A stretch of 64,000 nucleotides of DNA from the NCBI RefSeq assembly GCF_009914755.1, contig NC_060942.1; one strand, given 5' to 3'. Every line of letters starts with the position of its first letter. The first letter of the stretch is position 1. The stretch is from the human T2T-CHM13v2.0 reference genome, Homo sapiens. The position numbers and the translations under genes were made by a program. The notes beneath the pieces were generated by a model that saw only the letters and a list, made by a program, of their open reading frames with translations, was not told where the DNA came from and searched no databases. This document shows, piece by piece, positions 1-12,889 of the stretch.

Positions 1-75
1 AGATCTCTGAACTAGAATCTCTAAAAGTGTGGCCTTTGCATTTTTAACAAGTTTCTAAAATAATTCTTAGATGAG
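1..75. mobile_element. MER5-like (hAT-Charlie) fragment
   Basis: AGAATCTCT...TTTGCATTTTTAACAAGTTTC...AATTCTTA resembles the MER5A/B core; recalled consensus. Confidence 0.45.
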
Positions 76-304
76 AGGTGACGGTGAGAGTGTTGGCTTT
101 TTATTTAAGTAATAGTGGTTTCTTTTTTTTCTTTTTTAATGCACACATAAAAGAAATTCTTATCTATACGTAAATAGAAGAAAACTGGAATGGCTCTCCT
201 AAAAGCCGCAGGTAAATGGGATTTATCACCACAATCTTGGCCTCCTCCTCTATCAGTTGTACCTCAAAGCCCTGATACACTTCCTAGGGTCCTAATCATT
301 TTTC

Positions 305-370
305 ACCTCAAGAATTTTCTCCCTTCTCTTCCCTGAAACCTCAAGAATTTTCTCCCTTCTCTTCCCTGAA
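305..370. repeat. Perfect 33-bp tandem duplication
   Basis: ACCTCAAGAATTTTCTCCCTTCTCTTCCCTGAA occurs at 305-337 and 338-370, followed by ACCT. Confidence 0.97.
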
Positions 371-2006
371 ACCTGTCCAGACTTCTTAACTCTGCAGTGA
401 TGGGTCATAGGGGATATCGTTACAATGTCTGATTTACCTTGACTTGGTTTTAATTATTTTAATCATACCATTACTTGCACTGACATTGTGGATGCCACTC
501 AAAACATTCTTGAGTGAAAGCTCCGTATATGGACACTATACTGGGAAAGATGTTGGTGTCATCTAAGACACACAGTTCATTTGTAGGACAGTTCCAAGGA
601 TGACCTTTCTTTCCACCGGAGGGAGGGGGCCTTCTCTGCCTTCTGTCAAAATTGCATTTGCTTTTCTAGAAGCTCATTTTTCTTGGTGAGCTCTACACAA
701 AATAGAACAATTATATTTTTGCATTTTACATTTATATAAGAAAAGTAAAGAACATGTATGATATCCTATTTGAAGAGAACGAGGTTTGCAGTTAATTTAA
801 CCCCACTGGAAAAATCCCTTGCCCTTAACTTGAGTCCTTGCCTGATTCTTCTTCATCCAACAGATTTCAGAAATGTGTTCTATTTTTTCTTGTTCCAAAT
901 GCCAGCACAAGCTTTCTGGTTTAGATTGTTCTTCAATGGTTGATTGGGAAGTGAGATGCAATTTCTAATTCTTCAGTGTCTTGTCCACTGAAATTATAAA
1001 AGAAATGTAAAGCAAACAAACAAAAATAAGATTTTTCACTATTAACCAGAAAAATGTTTGCAAGTGGATGTAAATAAGTTTATGTGCATTTTAGTGAACG
1101 GTGTCTAGACCAAGAGCAGTTATTGGGAATGCAATGTGGATATCAAACTGCCAAGAGTTAGCTCCATGAATATAAAAAGTCTTTGGATGTGTAAAAGTCT
1201 TAGCACAGCACCTAATACATAATATATGCTCTTTATTATTATTATTACTACCCGTTTTACTATATTAGGCTCTTTCAGAAGTGACTTCTACCTTCCAAAT
1301 TAACTGATGCTTCTCATTCCCCATCAAACTGTGGACTAATGCTCACACAATGGCTGAGGCCAGTGGGTTTCTCTCTAAACCATCTGCTTTTCTGCTTCTA
1401 CCAGGTGAATTTTACACTTACCAAAATTAAATTGGGCTGGATCCCAAAAGTGTTTATGGCAGCATTAATTTAATTAAATGTTATGTAATTTGTGTTTGAA
1501 AATAATCTCTGAGCAGGATCTTTAGAAGAATTGGATCAAATTTAGATAATAAAAAAATATGGAATTGGCAGAAACATCCCTAAAAGCTTTAAAAAATTAT
1601 AAATATATGATTATATATATTTAAAATAGATTTCCAGCTATAATTGTCTTTCACAATTAGCTGACAAAGAATCATAGTGAGAGGACTTCCACACTATTAT
1701 TATCATTATGAGGACACTGAAAACACCTGAACTCACATCACAAGGGATGTGGGAACTGGATGAAATGGAGGCTAGAAACAAATGCAGCCTGCTTCAGAGT
1801 CGTGTGCAGGACCCACGTGGAGACTGAAAAATCCCTGCTCAGAAAAAACTGATTTTGACTATTCTCAGAATATTACTATTGTTTACTTATACTACATAGA
1901 TACTTTACTCATGGTTCACTACCCTAAGAAACATTTACATTATAGAAATGTAAGATTTTAAAAAATAGATTTCTTGTTAAACACTTTTTTCGCAACCAAG
2001 GAAAAA

Positions 2007-2052
2007 TGTATTGCATTGTATTGTATTGTATTGTGCTGCTTTGTATTGTATT
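2007..2052. repeat. Degenerate (TGTAT)n pentanucleotide repeat
   Basis: TGTATTGCATTGTATTGTATTGTATTGTG...TTGTATTGTATT. Confidence 0.85.
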
Positions 2053-2856
2053 ACACTGTATGGTACCATATTGGATTTTATCATGAGAGGTTCTCATTAA
2101 AGTTACAGCTGAATACATATCCCAGGACTGTGTCTGAGATGGGACTTATCTGCTTCATGGTCTCTCTCCTCTAAAACATGGTGGGTGAATTGGGAGGCTG
2201 AAATAACTACCAGCTTGTCTGATGGGCAAACTTTTAATGTGGGGTTGTTATTATACTTAAGATTTGAAACCAGCTAAAGTATTAGTCATGAGTGCGAGAG
2301 AGTGATGCATATTCATGGAGCTTCCCATGTAGGTAGACTGCTGGCACACTCGTGTTAACTCTCAAGGTAGTGGGTGACGTGTAAACACTGAGGAATCTGC
2401 TCAGACTAGGCCAACTGCCTAATGCATGTGAGAGCTGACGATACAAATATAGTTCATGATAAACACTCAGGGCCTAGCTTAATTTTTCAAACAGTATTTT
2501 GCATATTGATGAGGAATAAAAAAACCTGAACTGAGGTTGCAGCAAGAGAGCAATGGTGGTGTGCAGGCTATATTTTTCATCTTAAACACCATGATTTACT
2601 CTAGCCGTTTCTCGAGTAACAAATCCTGTACCTGAAATTCATGCTTGGAATGCCTTAAAGGGATGCAAAGGCAAGTTGATTTTTCAACTTATAAAGTTAT
2701 TCTGCTTAATTTGGTCTTGTTAAGGGTGAAGGGAAGGTGGGACATCAAAGGTGGATAAAACATCTCATCTCTCTATTTGAGCTTCCAGACTGGAATCTCA
2801 TTGTAGGATAAAGGTATGTGAAAAATACATGTTTCTTGAAGTATTCTCTTAGGTAG

Positions 2857-3227
2857 TGATATGGTTTGGCTGTGTTTCCACACAAATCTCATCTCGAATT
2901 TTAACTCCCACAATACCCATGTGTTCTGAGAGAAACCCAGTGGGAAGTAACTGAATCATGGGGGTGGATCTTTTCCATGCTTTTCTCATGATAGTGAATA
3001 AGTCTCAGAAGATCTGATGGTTTTAAAAATGGCAGTTTCCCTTCACAAGTTCTCTCTGCCTTCTGCTATCCATGTAAAATGTGACTTGTTCCTCCTTCCC
3101 TTCCACCATGATTGTGAGGTCTCCTCCCCTAGCCATGTGGAACTGTAAGTCCATTAAACCTCTTTATTTTGTAAATTGCCCAGTTACAGGTACATCTTTA
3201 TCAGCACTGTGAAAATCGACTAATATA
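2857..3227 (+). mobile_element. THE1-family (MaLR) solo LTR
   Basis: Starts TGATATGGTTTGGCTGTG, contains CCATGTGGAACTGTAAGTCCATTAAACCTC, ends GACTAATATA; 5-bp TSD-like flanks GGTAG/GGAAG. Confidence 0.93.
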
Positions 3228-3571
3228 GGAAGCACAGATTTTTACTTTTACTCACTCTTCAGAGCAAGGACTTATTAAGTAACACATTACATTGTAGGAA
3301 ATATTGCACTAAAATCAGAAACTCATTTGTACCACATCAGCAGATTAGTGGGATTTTGTTTACTTTCAATTTTTATTATTTAATAATATAGGGAACAAGA
3401 TACATGGGAAAACAACTTAAAATCATACCATCCTGAGACTGCCACTATGAACATTTCATAACAATCTTTTCACACATACTCATTAACCCCATAAAAGAAC
3501 AAATACTAAACCACACTGTTATTATCTGGATTTTTTGGCTTTGTTGTTTTGCTTACTTTCACAATCATTAA

Positions 3572-3970
<399 letters not shown>

Positions 3971-4299
3971 TGTTTCTTCCATCAAAAGAACAGAATATTC
4001 TACCTCTGTCTTTATTCCTTTTCTTAATTAGAAAAGGTGAATTTTTTTTTTCAAGTCAAAAGGTAGAAATTTAATTCATTCACTTAAATGATTGAATAGT
4101 ACTCCCTGGAAAGAACTTGCCACAGTTTCTTCAGTCTTTATATTTTTTGTATAGACATTAATTGTGTTTGCTATTTTGTCACTAATGGAACTTTTTGTTT
4201 GTGGGAAATAGATTTCCAGGAGTGGATATCTATTAATAGGTTGAAGCAAATCTATACATTAATTTTAAGAAACATTTGCAAGATTGGTTTTCTTGTTTT

Positions 4300-4470
4300 G
4301 GTTTTCACCATAGCACTTATCGTATCTTATATCTTCTGTTCTTTATTTATTTTCTGTTTTTTTCACTAGAAGAAATAGTTTTATAAGAACTCAAGATTGG
4401 ATCATCTATTCACTGCGGTATTCTGTGTCTGGTACATACCAAATCTGCAATTGGTATTTGTTGAATAAAA
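4300..4470 (+). mobile_element. L2 3' end (degraded)
   Basis: GTGTCTGGTACATA...TATTTGTTGAATAAA resembles the L2 tail. Confidence 0.5.
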
Positions 4471-4813
4471 AAATGATTGGTTTAGAATTGCTAAAACCAT
4501 AAAGATTAAATATCATAGTTAATGGAGGGCTTCTCCTTTTTATTTCTGATTTAATGAAAATTGCATCATTTCTCCATGAAGAAGAATGTTTAATCATATA
4601 AGAAAAATTATTTATAAAAATTAACATGCTGTACTTACATTTCTGTTTACCTGGAGTCTTTTGCTTTGTTTTGTGAGCCTGTGTGTGTGTGCGTGTGTTT
4701 TGTTTATTTTGTGGGTTTTTGTTCAGCGATAAATGCCATGAATAATTACTTTTCAATATTTGCTATTTAATTAATGTTTCACCTCCAATTTCCTTATGTA
4801 TTGCATGCATAAA

Positions 4814-5165
4814 TTTCTTTCTTTCTTTCTTTTTCCTTCCTTCCTTCTTTCCTTCTTTCTTTCTTTTCTTTTCTTTCTTTCTTTCTTTCTTCCTTCCTTT
4901 TTCTTTATCTTTTTTAAAATTACACTTTAAGTTCTGGGGTACATGTGCAGAACATGCAGATTTGTTACATAGGTGTACACGTGCCATGGTGGTTTGCTGC
5001 ACCCATCAACCCATCATCTACATTAAGTGTTTCTCCTAATGCTATTCCTCCCCTAGCCCCGGACCCACGACAGGCCCAGGTATGTGATGTTCCCCTTTCT
5101 GTGTCCATGTGTTCTCATTGTTCAGCTCCCACTTATGAGTGAGAACATGCGGTGTTTGGTTTTCT
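4814..5165 (-). mobile_element. L1PA7/8-like 3' UTR fragment with (TTTC)n tail
   Basis: ACTTTAAGTTCTGGGGTACATGTGCAGAAC...CCATGGTGGTTTGCTGCACCCATCAACC...GAGAACATGCGGTGTTTGGTTTTCT is antisense L1PA 3' end. Confidence 0.92.
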
Positions 5166-5206
5166 TTCTTTTCTTTCTTTCTTTTCCTTCTTTCTTTCTT
5201 TCTTTC

Positions 5207-5261
<55 letters not shown>

Positions 5262-5457
5262 TCCTTCTTCCTTCTCTCTTCCTTTCCTTCTTTCTTTCAT
5301 TCTTTCCCTCCCTCCCTCCCCTCCCCTTCCTTCACTTCCCTTCCCCTTCCTTCCTTCCTTCCTTCCTTCCTTCCTTCCTTCATTCTTTCCTTCCTTCCTT
5401 CCTTCCTCCTTTCCTTCCTTCCTTCCTTTCTTCCTTCCTTTATTTTCCTTCTTTCTT
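5161..5457. repeat. (TTTC)n/(TTCC)n polypyrimidine microsatellite (expanded Alu tail)
   Basis: About 295 bp of nearly pure C/T directly adjoining an antisense Alu. Confidence 0.97.
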
Positions 5458-6067
<610 letters not shown>

Positions 6068-6408
6068 TGATTTCTTAATATTGAATCAATCATTCTTGTG
6101 TTTCTGGAATAAATATTTAGGCATAGCGTTTTTATATACCATTACATTTGTTAATATTATATGACAAATAATTCCATAGAAAATTATAATCAAGGTTCCT
6201 TGCTAAGATTATTTTTGTTTGTTTTTAGTTTTATTTTTGTAAGTTTTTTTAATTGAAATTACACTGCCTTCAGAAAATGACTTCACAAGATATCTATTGT
6301 GTTATAACACTTAGGACATTTAAAACGTTGTTAAAATTGTATAATCATTAAAACTTAAAATTCATAGTAAAACCACATGTCCTTTGGCTGTTTTAGTTGG
6401 CAGAGTTT

Positions 6409-8540
6409 TTTTTCAATTATACTTTAAGTTTTGGGATAAATGTGCAGAACATGCAGGTTTGTTATATAGGTATACAAGTGCCATGGTGGTTTGTTGTACT
6501 CATCAGCCTGTCATCTACATTAGGTATTTCTCCTAGTGCTATCCCTCCCCTAGCCCCCCACCCCTTGGCAGATCCTGGTGAATGATATTCCCCTCCCTGT
6601 GTCCATGTGTTCTCATTGTTCAACTACTACATATGAGTGAGAATATGCGGTGTTCAGTTTTCTGTTCTTGTGTTAGTTTGCTGAGAATGATGGTTTCCAG
6701 TTTCATCTGTGTCCCTTCAAAGGACAGGAACTCATCCTTTTTTATGGCTGTATAGTATTCCATGGAATATATGTGCCACATTTTCTTCATCCAGTCTGTC
6801 ATTGATGAACATTTGGGTTGGTTCCAAGTCTTTGCTATTGTGAATAGTGCTGAAATAAACACATATGTGCATGTGTCTTTATAGTAGAATGATTTATAAT
6901 CCTTTGCATATATACCCAGTAATGGGATTGCTGGGTCAAATGGTATTTCTGGTTCTAGATCCTTGAGGAATCACCACACTGTCTTCCACAATGGTCACAG
7001 CCAATATCATACTGAATGGAGAAAAGCTGGAAGCATTCCCTTTGAAAACCAGCACAAGACAAGGATGCCCTCTCTCACCACTCCTATTTAATATCATATT
7101 GGAATTTCAGGCAGGGCAATCAGGCAATAGAAAGAAATAAAGAATATTCAGATAGGAAGAGAGGAAGTCAAATTGTCTCTGTTTGCAGGTGACATGATTG
7201 TATATTCAAAAAAACCCATCATCTCAGCCCAAAATCTCCTTAAGCTTATAAGCAACTTCAGCAAAGTCTCAGGATACAAAATCAATGTGCAAAACTCACA
7301 AGTATTCCTATACATCAATAATAGACAAACAGAGAGACAAATCATGAGTAAACTCCCATTCACAATTGCTTCAAAGAGAATAAAATACCTAGGAATACAA
7401 CTTACAAGGGATGTGAAAGACCTCCTCAAAGAGAATTGCAAACCACTGCTCAAGGAAATAAGAGAGGACACAAACATGGAAAAATATTCCATGCTCATGG
7501 ATAGGAAGAATCAACACCATGAAAATGGCCATACTGCCCAAAGTAATTTACAGATTCAATGCTATCTCCATCAAGCCACCATTGACTTTCTTCACAGAAT
7601 TAGAAAAAACTACTTTAAATTTCATATGGCACCAAAAAAGATCCCATATAGACAAGACAATCCTAGCAAAAAGAACAAAGCTGGAGGCATCACGCTACAT
7701 GATTTCAAATTATACTACAAGGCTACAGTAACCAAAACAGCATGGTACTGGTACCAAAACAGCATGGTACTGGTACCAAAACAGATATATAGACCAATGG
7801 AACAGAACAGAGGCCTCAGAAATAACACTACACGTCTACAACCATCTGATCTTTGACAACCCTGAGAAAAACAAGCAATGGGGACAGGATTCATTATTTA
7901 ATAAACGGTGTTGGGAAAACTGTCTAACCATATGCAGAAAACTGAACTGCTTCCTTACACCTTATACAAAAATTAACTCAAGATAAATTAAAGACATAAA
8001 TATAAGACCTAAAACCATAAAAACCCTAGAAGAAACCCTAGGCATTACCATTCAGGACATAGGCATGGGAAAAGATTTCATGGCTAAAACACCAAAAGCA
8101 ATGGCAACAAAAGCTAAAATTGACAAATAGGATCTAATAAACTAAAGAGCTTCTGCACAGCAAAAGAAACTATCATCAGAATGAACAGGCAACCTACAGA
8201 GTGGGAGAAAATTTTTTGCAATCTATCCATCTGACAAAGGTCTAATATCCAGAATCTACAAGGAACTTAAAACAAATTTACAAGAAAAAAGCAAACAACC
8301 CCATCAAAAAGTGGGCAAAGTATATGAACAGCATTTGTCAAAAGAAGACATTTATGCAGCCTACAAACATATGAAAAAAAGCTCATCATCACTGATCATT
8401 AAAGAAATGCAAATCAAAACCACAATGAGATACCATCTCACTCCAGTTAGAATAGTGATCATTAAAAAGTCAGGAAACAACAGATGCTGGAGAGGATGTG
8501 GAGAAAAAGGAATGCTTTTACACTGTTGGTTGGAGTGTAA
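6409..8540 (-). mobile_element. L1PA7-like 5'-truncated element with twin-priming inversion
   Basis: 6409-6995 is antisense 3' end; 6996-8540 is sense ORF2 segment (ORF track 7173, 7519, 8311); TSD TTGGCAGA(G/C)TTT at 6397 and 8541. Confidence 0.95.
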
Positions 8541-8815
8541 TTGGCAGACTTTCATTGCCATTCCAGTCTCCATAAGGCAATCAGTTTATACAAGTTACCT
8601 GTTACTCTGAACTTTGCTAATTATGATGTTTTCAGAAAATTATTGACCTTTTCTAAATTTTCAGAATTATTGCTGTATAATTGTATTTTATTTTATATCT
8701 GTGTTTTATGTTCTTTTACATTTAATTAAAATTATACTTTGAGTATTTTTCCCTCTTTTTGCCCCAGTATAGGCTAGCAAAGGCATATCTATTGAACAAC
8801 TCTTTTCAAAGGCTT

Positions 8816-9181
8816 ACACCATGGAATACTATGCAGCCATAAAAAATGATGAGTTCATGTCCTTTGTAGGGACAGGGTTGAAGCTGGAAACCATCATTCT
8901 CAGCAAACTATCGCAAGGACAAAAAACCAAACACTGCATGTTCTCACTCATAGGTGGGAATTGAACAATGAGAACACATGGACACAGGAAGCAGAACATC
9001 ACACACCAGGGACTGTTGTGGGATGGGGGGAGGGCGGAGGGATAGCATTAGGAGATATACCTAATGCTGAATGACGAGTTAATGGGTGCAGCACACCAAC
9101 ATGGCACATGTATACATATGTAACAAACCTGCACGTTGTGCACATGTACCCTAAAACTTAAAGTATAATAATAAAAAAAAA
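8816..9181 (+). mobile_element. L1PA4-like 3' end
   Basis: TACACCATGGAATACTATGCAGCC...AATGACGAGTTAATGGGTGCAGCACACCAACATGG...CTTAAAGTATAATAAT plus poly-A. Confidence 0.93.
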
Positions 9182-9376
9182 TTTATGCACACACTCATAT
9201 ATGCACACTTGTAGGTATAGATTTCTCTATGTCCCTACATCTGAAGCCTACAGGGAGAACAAGAAGTTTAAATATTTCATATTAATGTTTGTTTGTACAT
9301 ATTTGGTGTGCATTCTTAGTTAAAATATTCTGAACTCATGTGGACAACTTTTAATTGAAGGGGGAACAATCTGTTT

Positions 9377-9620
9377 CTATATAGCATAATACTATAATAG
9401 TATATAGAAATATACTATTATACTATAATATATACTACATATATAATATATAGCATATTATATACTATTAACATAATATATAATTATTGTATAACACTAT
9501 ATAGTTTCTATATAGTATTATATATTATATATGGTGTTATAACTATATGTAGTATAGCATTGTATTATATATAGTATTATAACTATATAGTATTATATAT
9601 ATATAAAATACCATATAGAA
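9377..9620. repeat. AT-rich (TA)n-derived low-complexity tract
   Basis: Degenerate TATA/ACTATA units. Confidence 0.9.
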
Positions 9621-10784
9621 ATGGATATCTGACAAATTTTCCTATTTCACAAACTCACCTTCCAGACTTTTTCTACCAAGAATGCTGAAGAAGATGAGAC
9701 ACAGGTACATAAACCCACTTAAAGCTGGATTAAAACATCGTAGGTGTTTTTACTCTACAAATTGGCCCCAAAAATTACCATGCTTCTACATACTCCATTA
9801 AATACAAAGGTAACACCACATATCCCCATAAAAAATTATCGTCTCCCTGGAGGTGTGAATCTTGAGTAGGTGGCTTTCAGGGTCATTGTGACAACATCTT
9901 TAAGTGACGGGACTGGCAAAGTTCGTCACGATATATTACTTCTTGTCTATTTTTAATTTTGCTGCGAAATGAGGATATTGGACAAATAATCTTCAGAGTT
10001 TATTTTGGGGTAAAAAACATTTATTTGACGGATAAGAAGGGTGAAGAAAGGGTAATTTCATTTTGCATCAGAAGTAAGTTTTCATTGTTGAGAATTAAAT
10101 TAACAGCACATGAAACTGGCTTTTCCTAAGTTCATATTTTTGAACAAAAAAGATGAAAAGGGGAAGCAACCCCTAACTAAAGTGGAGCTATAAAGTGCCC
10201 ACCAAAGAATACAGTTATTGCGTTTTCTCTATTTATTAAAAAGAAAAACAATAAAACTTATCTAATCCCATGTGCACATAAGATTTCTTTCTTGAAGTCT
10301 GGTTACTCTCTACTTCTGTGATTCTATGAGATTCTGTCTGTGAATGCAGCTTGATTTGTGGTTTCCACTGGTTACCAGCCTTGCCCCTTCCTTAGTTAAA
10401 GCAAGGTGCTCATTCTGTGCTATGGCTTTTTATACAAGTAATTTGTTTATACCTTGTTTGAGAAGGGGGACATCTCTTTGGCTCTGCAAAAGTCTGTGAG
10501 AATATCAATGGGTGGTTATTGCCATCTAATAATTACCACCAAAAAATCAATCAGAAACTAAGACAATTTAACCAATGAGGAGCACCATGCATTAAAAATA
10601 TTAATAAAAGATTACATTTTGGAAAGTTTATATTTTTGATTTTTAATTACAGAAATAAAATCAGCAACCTTTCCCAGATAGATTTTGAAAAGAAATGTTT
10701 TTATAATGTCAATTTTTACATACAAAACAGTCTTCAATTAATATTGAAGTTAATATGGAGGTTTATTAAAAAATAAAGCAAGAG

Positions 10785-11538
10785 GTCTCGGCAGTGATTT
10801 TTTTGTTTTGGATATGACAGCAAATCACAGGCAACAAAAGAAAAAATTAACAAGTGGGACTACATCAAATGAAAAAGCTTCTGCACAGAAAAGGAAACAA
10901 TCAATGAAATGAAAATTCAACCTACAGAATAGAAGAAAATATCTGCAAACCTTATATGTGATAAGATAAAAGGTTTTAATATATCCAAAATATATTTAAA
11001 AATATAACTCAATAATACAAAAACTAATAATTTGATTATAAAATGGGCAAAGGACTTGAATAGACATTCTTCCAAAGAGTACATAAAAAATGGTTAATAG
11101 GTGTATGAAAAGTCCCTCAGCATCAGTAATCTTCAGGAAGGTGCAAATCAAAACCACTATGAAATATTCCTTCACGTCTGTTAAGATGACTATTATCAAT
11201 AAGACAAGAGACAACAAATGTTTGCTGGGGTATGGAGAAAAGAGAACCCTTGCACGCTGTTGGTGGTAATATAAATTGTTATAGCCTTTATGAAAACACT
11301 ATCTAGGTTCCTTAAACGTTAAAAATGGAACTGACATATGATTCGACAATCTTGCTTCTGGTTATATATCCAAAGGAAAGAAAGTCCTGACCTCTTTTCC
11401 TTTGGATATATATCTCTTGTATATCGAAAAGATATATTGTAGATACATCTTTGCTCCCATGTTCTTTGCCACATTATTTACAATAGTCAAGGTATGGAAA
11501 CAATCTAAGTGTTTGTTATGGATAAATAGATAAACAGT

Positions 11539-11577
<39 letters not shown>

Positions 11578-12122
11578 GAATATTATTCAGCCATAAAAAA
11601 GAAAAGAATCTTGCCATTTGCATCAACATGGATAAACATGTACAACATTATGCTAAATGAAATAAGCCAAACATAGAAAAACAAATGGTCTCATTTACAT
11701 GTGGAATCTAAAAAACTCAAACTCACAGAAGCAGAGAATAAAGTAGGGGTTGCCAGGGCCCAGGAGTGGGTGAAATTGGGGAGATGTTGATCAAAGGGTG
11801 AAAACTTCCAGTTATAACATGAATGAATTCCAGGGATCTAATCCACAGCTTAGTGACTATAGTTAATGACGGCCTACTGCTTACTTGAAATTTGCTAAGA
11901 GAGATCTCAAGTTTCCTCATCATAGACACACACACACATACACACCCACACACACAGCTAATCATGTGTGGTGATAGATGTGCTAAATAATTTGATTATA
12001 GTAATCATTTCAAAATGTACAAATATATCAGATCATCACATTGTACATTGTGAATACATAAAATGTTTGTCAATTATACTTAAATAAAACTAGGAAAAAT
12101 TAAATAAAAAATAAAAAATAAA
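10785..12122 (+). mobile_element. Old L1M (L1MA8/9-like) ORF2 C-terminus and 3' UTR
   Basis: AACAAGTGGGACTACATCAAA...GCTTCTGCACAG, GCAAATCAAAACCAC, and a 3' UTR ending GTCAATTATACTTAAATAAA; internal (CA)n near 11540-11575. Confidence 0.88.
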
Positions 12123-12134
12123 GCAAAATGTGTG

Positions 12135-12605
12135 GTCAGCAAGAAAGATCAATTAAAGACCTTTAAAAATTTTCTTATCCATAAAAACAAGAAAACTGGC
12201 AAGATTATTCAAATCAACTTTTTCAGAACTCTGGAAATTAACCAGAGGCTTGCAACAATTGAAGAAGCAGTGATTCAAGGAAAACAGTTGATTCGTTTAA
12301 GAAGAGTGAGATTCACCACACTGTCTTCCACAATGGTTGAACTAATGTACACTCCCACCAACAGTGTAAAAGCGACCACCAAGGCACGTGTATAGCTATA
12401 TAACAAAACTGCATCATCTGCACATGTAACCCAGAACTTAAAGTATAATAATAAAAAAAAGAAGAGTGAGATTAATAGCATCTTAATGTTCCCTATTTCT
12501 TTCCACACCACCCACCCCCATTCAGCTCATGGTAGTCTTGAAAATCAGCCTGCAATTACAGTAAAATCAACAGCCTGACAGCCACTAGAGATGACAAAAT
12601 GAGTG
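12135..12605 (+). mobile_element. Old L1M 5'-region fragment, interrupted by a mini-L1PA
   Basis: AAAACTGGCAAG...ATCAACTTTTTCAGAACTCTGGAAATTAACCAGAGGCTTGCA resembles a recalled L1M 5' end. Confidence 0.6.
12314..12458 (+). mobile_element. ~145-bp twin-primed L1PA7-like mini-insertion
   Basis: Antisense L1 piece 12314-12374, sense extreme 3' end from 12375, poly-A; perfect 15-bp TSD AAGAAGAGTGAGATT at 12299 and 12459. Confidence 0.95.
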
Positions 12606-12610
12606 CAAAG

Positions 12611-12889
12611 TTATTTCTGGGTGTATTTGTGTGGTTGTTTCCAAATGAGATTAGCATTTAAATCTTGCATAGACTTAGTAGATTGCCCCTCCAGATGTGG
12701 TTGTGAGTGGGCATCATCCAATCCTCAGGCCTTTAAACTCGGACTGAACGGCACCACTGGCTTTCCTGAGTTTTCAGCTTGCAGAGGGAAATTCACAGAA
12801 TTTTTCAGTTTCCATAATCATACGAGCTAATTTTTCATAGTAAATCTCTTCTTACATATTGGCTCTGTTCTCTGGAGAACACTAACACA
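12611..12889 (+). mobile_element. MLT2 (ERVL) LTR, partial
   Basis: TTATTTCTGGGTGT...GAGATTAGCATTT...GGGCATCATCCAATCC...CACCACTGGCTTTCCTG...TCTCTGGAGAACACTAACACA. Confidence 0.8.

Noticed and set aside
305-370. 33-bp direct repeat as a CRISPR-like array
   Set aside because: Only two abutting copies, no spacers, no cas genes, and a primate context.
8800-9200. Possible TSD-less insertion of the L1PA4-like fragment
   Set aside because: I could not find a TSD, but there is no empty-site reference here, so decay cannot be excluded.
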